Source of the DNA: Aduncisulcus paluster
Taxonomy: Eukaryota
Direction: 5' to 3'
DNA length: 20,000 bases
Assembly (NCBI GenBank): GCA_024181965.1
Contig: BQXS01012745.1
Span: 44,673 to 64,672, forward strand
The position numbers and the translations under genes were made by a program. The notes under the pieces were generated by a model. The model was not told the origin of the DNA. It was given only the letters and a program-made list of their open reading frames with translations, and did not search any database. This document shows positions 1 through 7,535 of this stretch, in pieces; the stretch's first letter is position 1; the number at the start of each line of letters is the position of its first letter.

Positions 1-2331
1 TTTAATTGAAGGGAATGTCTGGGTTGGAATGGATCCTCCTCGAATTCCAGAACATAATCCCTCGACGCTATCAACAATCATCGTATTTTGATAATCTGTG
101 GAAGTCACTCCGGAAGAGGATATAGCAAGGGAAAGCGATACCTGTGAATCCTCATCGCCTCCATGCGAATCGCTGTTATTTCCAATCTCAGTGAAAGAGG
201 TCACAGAAGATGGGTCAAAGAAAGATGTTTGTGCGTTTGATGATATAAAAGATATCACTGAGACCAGAGGATTAAACGGGGCACTATCACCAGGCATTCT
301 TTCTTCATGTACAGCTCCATTTGGTGAGGTTGAAGCGAATATCTCTCTGATCCAAGCTCTAAGATTATCATCAGAATACATGACGGAATCACTGAGACTT
401 TGTTGGCCTGTGTCCGAAGAAATATCGGTGATACTACTTGATCGAGAAGCTGAACTCACAGTGAACATCTTTCCTTCACCTTCTCCATCTGCTTCGGATG
501 TGTATGAAGAGGAAAGTAATTTTGTGTCATCACTTTTTAATGTAAATGGAGAATTAAGACACTTATAATCTTCTAAATAGTGCGATTTGACATCAAAAAC
601 AGAACTTCTGACTTTACACCAATCAAGAGAACCATCTCCAGGGCGGTCAAAAATAATAATACACGTCTCAAAATCTGAATATATACGATTTTCAATGCAG
701 TTTCCCCTNNNNNNNNNNNNNNNNNNNNAAGCTGAACTCACAGTGAACATCTTTCCTTCACCTTCTCCATCTGCTTCGGATGTGTATGAAGAGGAAAGTA
801 ATTTTGTGTCATCACTTTTTAATGTAAATGGAGAATTAAGACACTTATAATCTTCTAAATAGTGCGATTTGACATCAAAAACAGAACTTCTGACTTTACA
901 CCAATCAAGAGAACCATCTCCAGGGCGGTCAAAAATAATAATACACGTCTCAAAATCTGAATATATACGATTTTCAATGATTTTGGGAGATGGATTAGAT
1001 TGTGCTCCAATTTTAGCTGCGTGAGAAAGAACAGATGATGTTGATGAAGAAGAATAAGCTGAAGAGTGGATCGAAGAAGACGTTTCAGATCCAAGAGATT
1101 TTGTTGAACCTGCTGTACTAGAAATACGGGTGGTTGAAGAAACTCCCATTTCTGAATTGGCATGAGAACGCTTGGACCTGGGAGCTTTTGGGAGTGAATC
1201 TGGAACTTGACCCGTATTAGTGCCCGATTTAAAGCCGCCTGACTGGTGATCAACAGAAGCAGACACAGAGGATGATCTCCTTCCCGTTGATCCATGAGTT
1301 GAATCTGATATTTGGAGTGATTCATTGTGCGTTATCTTCTCATCCTCTTCTTCCTCCTCCTTCTGATAACTCTGTTTCCATCTTGCCGATATGCATCCGA
1401 TTACATATTCCTTCTCAGACCAAACAAACCTTTTTGCGACACAAAGAGCATCACAGACAGAGACACATGCACCAGGAATATGTGAGAATGGAAGAGAAAG
1501 GGTATGATTGAGATGAAACGGAGAGGGAGAAAGAAAAGATGAGTTGGGTGGACAGAGGGATGTGGGATAAGCTGGTACATTAACTGTGATAAAAGGAGTG
1601 CTCGAACAAGTCGATGGGACCGTTTTTGTGGATTGAGAAAGTGATTTACCGGAAATAAGCCATGAAACATCCATTGTTTCACAAAACAATGCACAAACAC
1701 GAGAGCAATTACAAAGACTTGAGGAACAAGATCTCAGAGCATTTTCAATATATTCATTAGAAAATATATCATCAATATCTGGCAATATAGAGTTAATTGT
1801 TGATTTTCGGATGCAATCAATGAAAGGTATAGATTTAGCATGGATGAAGGTAGAAAGTGGTAAAGGTAATTTTATCCATCTAATTTGAGTTAATTGACGA
1901 ATTATATGATTTTGAGGAAGTTGAAAAACCGTTTTGGAAGTTTTATCTTCAGCAGCACCGATAATAACGTGATATCCGGTTCTAAGATATGCAACAAATG
2001 GACCAACTTTATAAATTTTATAATAATTATTTATATCAGTGTGTTCACTATTAGGTATTCCCAAACGATTCTTGAGAGCTATATGAGCTTCTGGAATAGT
2101 ATTGAATTTGTCATGGCCAGGAATCCCTTTATAAATCAATTCACCAGAGACTGGATCGATAGACATAATGAAAACATAATCCAGCCAGATAAATGATGAT
2201 AATATGAACTATCAAAGCGAATAAGGAGTGAATATCATGATAATAGTAAAAATGAGGATAAAGAGGTAAAATAAAAAACATACTGAATTTCCACATGGAT
2301 CTATTAAAATATAATTTGTTGAATGTGGCAT
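1..2331 (-). CDS. SAC9: SAC9-like (Sac1-homology) phosphoinositide phosphatase, 5' part. Exon 1 2331-2284, exon 2 2208 to <1; 3'-partial
   Basis: Manual translation shows a stop-free minus-strand frame from 2208 to base 1; the ORF track misses it because no stop falls in the window. The spliced N-terminus MPHSTNYILIDPCGNS/FILSSFIWLDYVFIMSIDPVSGELIYKGIPGHDKFNTIPEAH...QLPQNHIIRQLTQIRWIKLPL...LFCETMDVS...RFVWS matches recalled plant SAC9 motifs in order (YIDPTTG.L.Y.GKPG.D.F, LPGG..VY.V....WVKIPL, YFC.T.D.T, EFVWN). The catalytic CX5R motif was not seen in the window. Confidence 0.75.
447..979. repeat. Exact 251-bp direct duplication (447-697 = 729-979) flanking a 20-N scaffold gap (709-728); probable assembly artefact
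   Basis: The two copies are identical at an offset of 282 nt on either side of the N run. Eleven unmatched bases (698-708) sit at the contig end. Confidence 0.9.
2209..2283 (-). other. Spliceosomal intron (75 nt, phase 0) in the SAC9-like gene
   Basis: The minus strand reads GTATGTTT...TTTGATAG. It is pyrimidine-rich, has no internal AG and contains in-frame TGA TAG. Removing it joins two open segments and extends the SAC9 similarity to an ATG at 2331. Confidence 0.8.
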
Positions 2332-2488
2332 TATATCGTTCAGAATAGGGGGAAATGAACAAAAAGTACCAAAATCTGCTGTATAAAACAAAAAATGTAT
2401 TTTATTTTATAAAATTACTTAAAACAATCAATTAAAATCAAATTTACCTTTTGAATATATTATAATTATTTACGAAGCGAATTGAAAG

Positions 2489-2513
2489 AATTCTTGAGTG
2501 TTGCTCAAGAATT
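2489..2513. promoter_or_regulatory. Perfect inverted repeat (10-bp arms, 5-nt spacer) in the divergent SAC9/IFT43 intergenic region
   Basis: AATTCTTGAG-tgttg-CTCAAGAATT is seen directly. A regulatory role is inferred from position only. Confidence 0.35.
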
Positions 2514-2585
2514 AAACATAATTTGCAAAATTCAAATCAACATTTCAATTTAAAATATAATAAGAAAATCACTATATATAAAAAA

Positions 2586-2879
2586 ATGGATATTATCGAA
2601 AAATTAGAGGCCATCCCTGAAATTGGAGGTACAGATGAAGCTGATAAAGAAGCACAAATTATGGGACATATTGCTGCGCCTCCAACTGCCATCACAGCGA
2701 AATTAACGTCATTAGAAGAGCTTGAAGGACAAGAAAAGGCTACAGAACTCCAGCAAACAATCGATGGGATCGATGTATCATCATTAGCTGCTTGTGTAGT
2801 TAAAAAGAAATATATTCACATTGAACCGGATGAAGAATGGACCATTTCAACATTATTACAAAGCATTTCTTCCAAATAG
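2586..2879 (+). CDS. IFT43: Intraflagellar transport protein 43 (IFT-A subunit), 97 aa
   Basis: IPEI...IAAPP....KLTSLEELE...IDGIDVSSLAACV...EPDEEWTISTLLQSISS follows the conserved IFT43 C-terminal domain (IPDL...VAAPP...V.TYR.LD...DG.IDL.LL...E.D..W.WD.LF.EVSS). The first ATG is at 2586; the ORF-track start at 2523 is a TTG in AT-rich upstream DNA. Confidence 0.85.
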   Translation: MDIIEKLEAIPEIGGTDEADKEAQIMGHIAAPPTAITAKLTSLEELEGQEKATELQQTIDGIDVSSLAACVVKKKYIHIEPDEEWTISTLLQSISSK

Positions 2880-3091
2880 ATGATATTTCCTATCTTCCTT
2901 AGTTATTTATTATTTTATCAGTAAAATACATTTCTATTAATTTTTATTCATTTTCCTTTGATATAAATTACTAAATATCATGATTGATAGTTTTGTTTGT
3001 CAATACTGATCAGCAGTGTGTTTTGTTTGACATCAGCCGACCAATCTTTAATTTGATCTTATAATTGATAAATATTTGATTAATTTTTAAT

Positions 3092-3517
3092 ATGATTCAC
3101 TTTTTTCTCGTTCAAAATCTTCAAGGAAAAACTAGACTTTCTAAATGGTATTCTACATTCTCCTATGATGAAAGAAGACAGTTAGAAACTGAAGTTCATA
3201 TGGCAGTATCAGCAAGACCTGCTAAATTCACAAATTTCATTGAATTTCGCGATTATAAACTCGTATATCGTCAATATGCCACTTTGTTCTTTACAATGGC
3301 CATAGATCCCGATGACAACGAATTAGCGTATCTTGAGTCAATCCATCTATTTGTTGAAACCATGGATAAATATTTTGGCAATGTTAGAGAACTTGATCTC
3401 ATCTTCCAATTCCATAAGGTATATGCCATTCTTGATGAAATGTTTTTGGCGGGAGAAATTATGGAATCTGGAAAACAAGTAATTTTAAAACAAGTTGATA
3501 CGCTACAATTTGAATAA
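3092..3517 (+). CDS. AP2S1: Clathrin adaptor AP-2 complex small (sigma) subunit, 141 aa
   Basis: Full-length similarity to sigma adaptins with AP-2-type motifs: QNxxGKTRLxKWY, EVH, TNFxEFR, NELAYLExIHxFVE, YFxNVx[13 protein letters not shown]. Confidence 0.93.
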   Translation: MIHFFLVQNLQGKTRLSKWYSTFSYDERRQLETEVHMAVSARPAKFTNFIEFRDYKLVYRQYATLFFTMAIDPDDNELAYLESIHLFVETMDKYFGNVRELDLIFQFHKVYAILDEMFLAGEIMESGKQVILKQVDTLQFE

Positions 3518-3684
3518 ATGAGCCGTGATTTTTTTTTTTATTTTATTTTACTTAAAATCAATGGCTAAACACTCTAAAATAGAAATTTTTATTTGTTGCT
3601 ATTATATATTCTTTCGATTCGAAAGTTTCGAATATGAATTGACTCTTTATATTGTCATTATATACGAAAATCTCCCCCCCAAAA

Positions 3685-6600
3685 TCAATATGCATCTGTT
3701 TCCTCATCAACTAGTCCATTTTGCCTTTCTAATTTTGCCTCTTGGACTCGTGACACAATATAAGGATACAACAATACAGCGTCATCAACAGTATTAGCAG
3801 AGCATATTCTATTGAGATAGTTAAGCCTATCAACCAAAGGAAGTCCTTCTTCATCTTCCTCCTCTTTCTTCTCCTCTTCACCATCATCTCCTTTCTCATC
3901 CTCTTCGTTGTGTAGTTTATGCATTAATATCTCTCGGCTAGAGCCAAGTCGTGGAGATCCATCGCCAGAGGGAGAATCACCTGTGGTTTGAGGCTTTTCA
4001 GGCTTTGTTAGTAATTCGTGAATGCCATCAAGGCCACATTTATCGCCAATTATCGTTTGAGCAATTGATAGAGCTCGTTTTTCCATCCACTTCACATTCT
4101 TAAGAGATGAAACATAATCATCCACTTGGTGGGACACAGATTGCAGCACGTCGACCATCTCTCCTCCCTTTCTAACTATAGAATCATACAAGGTGATACC
4201 ATCCTCAAGAGAAGGGCAGAGTTCAGCATGTGATAATGGCAAGTATTTAGGATCGAATAATGGTCGAGGCAAATGGAGAGCTTTCTTATCGGACATCCGA
4301 GATTTTATCCTTGATACAAAATCTTCCTTGTACCCTTCCCACTTCTCATCGGGTTTCGTAACTCTGTGTTTCATTGCCTCAGTGATTGTTGCAGTGTTGT
4401 CTTTCTCAATTTGACTAAGAATATGCTTTGTGGCACCATGTGCCACTTTCAAGTGATCCTTGTTCCCACTAAGAAGAGTGCTCAAATCACTCACTGGCAT
4501 CACACCTGGCTGTTCATGGAAAGATTGATTGTATTGGGAATAACCAAACTCCATTCCAGCATCAAATACATCTTCTTCACGGTCACAACCGATCATAAAG
4601 GGTTCCGAAGGGTCAACTTCATCTTCTGTATGGACATGTCTATTCTTTTTGGACCCAGTGCCTGGATTCTGAGGATTTGACAGTTGCGAGTAACTGGGGT
4701 GGGATAAGATATGGGGATCCATCTGGGAATGGGCAAGAGATCCACTCCTGCGATGAGTTTTTTCAACCTTTCCATCCTTATCAGAAACTCCTTTTGAATT
4801 GTCGCTATGCTTGAGCGAGCGTAGAGATGAGGATGATTTTGCTAACTCTCTTGCAGCACGGTCTTCTCGATCCTCCACACAAAGGAGAGATCGCAAACCA
4901 ATCTGTAACTTCTTGAGCTTTACGAGTTCAGAAGTATCTTCATTCGAGTGTACAGGTTTAGAGGCAAAGAAACCCTCGAGAACCCGTTCACGGGTATGCT
5001 GGGCAATCTGTTTGGCCGTTACAGCAGTCAGAAAAGAAGACTTTGATAAGAGAGAAGAAAAAGAGCATCGGACAACTTCAATTGTAGCCTTTAACGTGTG
5101 AGCAAGCTCTTCACGTCGATGTTCTCGTTCCTCAGCCTCCTCCTGAAGAACTTTTCTCGTATTATCTGACATTGATACTCCCTTAGGACTTAGTGCATGG
5201 AATGATGAAGATCTTGGTAGACCATCCCGATGTGGAGACTCTCCTCTTGCAGTTGGATCCATTTCATCTTCCTGACCATGGGAACGAGGACTATGACGAG
5301 CCTTATGATATGTGGATGCATGGCCTCTTCCCTCAGCTTCAATCCCACCAAGAGGGTAGGATATCATTGCGTTTGAGAAAGTATGAGCATACAGAGCAAG
5401 AACGTGTGGAAGGGCGTATCCATCTCCATCATACAAGCCATCAGCTCTCATTCCAGCTGTGTTTGTGATGTCAGAAGTCAGAATATCACTGAAAGGCATC
5501 GATAGGGTCATAACAAGTGGCTTGGGAAGGGAATACGCTAGTTCTGAAGCACCTTTTATATCATCATGGGTCGGTTGTTTAATTAAGAAAGAAAATAAGT
5601 TATTATTCACAATGCGTTCAATTTCTTTCTCCTCGGCCTGGGTATCTGTCCGTCTCTTGATGGCTTGTTCCGCTGCCAAAGAACGTTCTTCTCTCTCTTT
5701 ATCTCTCTTCAACTTCTCTGATCGCTTCAACATCTGCTGCGCCGTGCTATACTCAACGGCTATCCGTTGTGTTTCCTTGAGTACCTCACTGTCATGTTGT
5801 GAGATCAACATGAGTTCATTGAGAAGATCCTGCGTTAATTGAGAACGAGCACTTTTGAATGCTGAGGATTGTAACTGTGGATTAGGCAGAGGAATCTGTA
5901 AGTTTGGATTACCCCTGGGACTCGATTTCGAACTATCTTCCTCTTCTTCTTCAAACATAGATTCTACTTCGGACATATCGTCTTCGATGGCATGTGAAAA
6001 AGACTTAACGAGGGTGCTCGAAGGCATTGGTCTTGTTAAGGATATTCCATCCTCGTCATACTGCCCGTCTAGATGATCAGAACCCGTCGACTCACCTTCT
6101 TCTTGCTCTTCCTTCCGATCTTTCTCCTCAATCAACACTTGGCCATCCTTAACAATGGCGTGTTCACGACGACGACTTGATAATTGATGCTCCAAATCGA
6201 TCCTTTGTTTCCTATAATCATCCAATTCTTGCTCAGCTTTCTTCTGGAACACCTGAATATCCTCCTCACTGAGACCCCAGAAGGTAGAAAGAATGAATCT
6301 TCGCCTCTCACGAATATCTTCAATTGCTCGCATTTCTGCCTTTCGAAGGACATCAAGGAGAACACCCACTTTCTCCACATTGGTCCCATTGACGAGAGTG
6401 GAAGTATCATCCATTCCAAGGGAAGAAACACTATCTACAATCCCTTCCGAAGATATAATTGGCATGGGATCTGCCTCTTTCACTCCAATTTCTTCTGCCA
6501 TCATGGATTCTTCACTGACGGCTGAGGAGAGAGCGTGAGTAAAACGGAATAACTTAGTATTGGATGGAGAATACCACTTTTGGGGAAGAGGATTATCCGT

Positions 6601-7266
6601 AGATGTTATACGAGCACGCATTAAAACACTCCTATTGACGATATTAGCAAGTTGCATGGCTGTCAATGATGAAGACACCTTGTGATCGATTGTACGAACA
6701 CAATTCAGAGTTTCCTGAACTATTTTATCTGGAGCGATGGCTTTAGCAATACGTCCGACGAGAATGGCCCGAAGACACATTCTATTATGCACCTTATCAC
6801 TGGGAGAGGCAGAGAAATTAGAAGAGATTGACCGCACAGTCCTGGCATGTGCATCGGCAACAGCAAGCGCTGTAATATATGGCAAAACAATTGGAATTGC
6901 TTCTTTTGCCCGCAAAGAAAGCTTCATTTTTTTTCTATCGGCCATTGGAATTGCAGAAAGCAAACGATGAGATTTTCGAATGGTATCCATATCATGACGT
7001 ACTTTAATCGCATCTCCTGCAGATCGCAAATTTTTTTCAAGATGTCCAAAATCCATAACAACCTTCTCAGCAATTTGAATCATTGAAACATCTTCAAGTG
7101 CATTTTTTAAATCTTTGGATTTTAGAGAAATTGATTCTAAATCTGAAATATATGAGCGTTTTTTTAGTTCTGCTAACCCGAAATCATCAATTTGTTGTTT
7201 TTTCTTTGCGAAATCAGCTCTGACTTGAGCAGCTACTGAACCAGTTGATATGGGGACTTCAGACAT
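3685..7266 (-). CDS. Hypothetical protein, 1193 aa, with predicted coiled-coil and acidic/Ser-rich segments
   Basis: A 3.6-kb uninterrupted ORF flanked by AT-rich spacers, with E/K/R-rich helical stretches (e.g. QKKAEQELDDYRKQRIDLEHQL; KRSEKLKRDKEREERSLAAEQ). No family recognised. Confidence 0.9.
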   Translation of the reverse strand: MSEVPISTGSVAAQVRADFAKKKQQIDDFGLAELKKRSYISDLESISLKSKDLKNALEDVSMIQIAEKVVMDFGHLEKNLRSAGDAIKVRHDMDTIRKSHRLLSAIPMADRKKMKLSLRAKEAIPIVLPYITALAVADAHARTVRSISSNFSASPSDKVHNRMCLRAILVGRIAKAIAPDKIVQETLNCVRTIDHKVSSSLTAMQLANIVNRSVLMRARITSTDNPLPQKWYSPSNTKLFRFTHALSSAVSEESMMAEEIGVKEADPMPIISSEGIVDSVSSLGMDDTSTLVNGTNVEKVGVLLDVLRKAEMRAIEDIRERRRFILSTFWGLSEEDIQVFQKKAEQELDDYRKQRIDLEHQLSSRRREHAIVKDGQVLIEEKDRKEEQEEGESTGSDHLDGQYDEDGISLTRPMPSSTLVKSFSHAIEDDMSEVESMFEEEEEDSSKSSPRGNPNLQIPLPNPQLQSSAFKSARSQLTQDLLNELMLISQHDSEVLKETQRIAVEYSTAQQMLKRSEKLKRDKEREERSLAAEQAIKRRTDTQAEEKEIERIVNNNLFSFLIKQPTHDDIKGASELAYSLPKPLVMTLSMPFSDILTSDITNTAGMRADGLYDGDGYALPHVLALYAHTFSNAMISYPLGGIEAEGRGHASTYHKARHSPRSHGQEDEMDPTARGESPHRDGLPRSSSFHALSPKGVSMSDNTRKVLQEEAEEREHRREELAHTLKATIEVVRCSFSSLLSKSSFLTAVTAKQIAQHTRERVLEGFFASKPVHSNEDTSELVKLKKLQIGLRSLLCVEDREDRAARELAKSSSSLRSLKHSDNSKGVSDKDGKVEKTHRRSGSLAHSQMDPHILSHPSYSQLSNPQNPGTGSKKNRHVHTEDEVDPSEPFMIGCDREEDVFDAGMEFGYSQYNQSFHEQPGVMPVSDLSTLLSGNKDHLKVAHGATKHILSQIEKDNTATITEAMKHRVTKPDEKWEGYKEDFVSRIKSRMSDKKALHLPRPLFDPKYLPLSHAELCPSLEDGITLYDSIVRKGGEMVDVLQSVSHQVDDYVSSLKNVKWMEKRALSIAQTIIGDKCGLDGIHELLTKPEKPQTTGDSPSGDGSPRLGSSREILMHKLHNEEDEKGDDGEEEKKEEEDEEGLPLVDRLNYLNRICSANTVDDAVLLYPYIVSRVQEAKLERQNGLVDEETDAY

Positions 7267-7535
7267 GAAATACTATAAATACAATAAATAAAACCTGATT
7301 TATAAAAAGGAACTTTCAAATATAAACACTGAATAAATTTAAGTAGCAAGAAACAGCGATTTTGTATTTCCTGCAGGGAAAAAAGGGCAAACAATTTGAA
7401 TCGTTTATTAAATTGCCTTTATATTTATTAGGATATCAAATTCAAATATCATCTTGGACATTATCAGTCGTTGAACAGCATTTTAGGAAAAGATTGGGTT
7501 TTGTATGAGATACTAAAAATAACAAAATAATTTTA

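Noticed and set aside
98..2362. Listed ORFs 98..568, 587..850, 855..1325, 1272..1511, 1401..1700, 1894..2196 and 2141..2362
   Set aside because: They are antisense or off-frame shadows of the SAC9-like CDS, and one spans the N gap.
2586..3517. Possible alternative genetic code (TAA/TAG = Gln, as in hexamitid diplomonads and some ciliates)
   Set aside because: IFT43 ends at TAG and AP-2 sigma at TAA, where their homologues end, and multi-kb ORFs are free of in-frame TAA/TAG.
3612..3633. Overlapping TTCGA palindromes (ATTCGAAA-G-TTTCGAAT) between convergent genes
   Set aside because: They are short, the spacing does not fit a heat-shock element, and bacterial-type terminators do not apply in a eukaryote.
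3525..3797. 90-aa ORF after AP-2 sigma
   Set aside because: It has a GTG start in an AT-rich convergent 3' spacer and overlaps the antisense strand of the 1193-aa gene.
7367..7421. Weak hairpins (CCTGCAGG; AAAAGG..CAATTT..AAATTG-CCTTTT) in the divergent spacer
   Set aside because: The stems are imperfect and show no tRNA, snRNA or snoRNA motifs.
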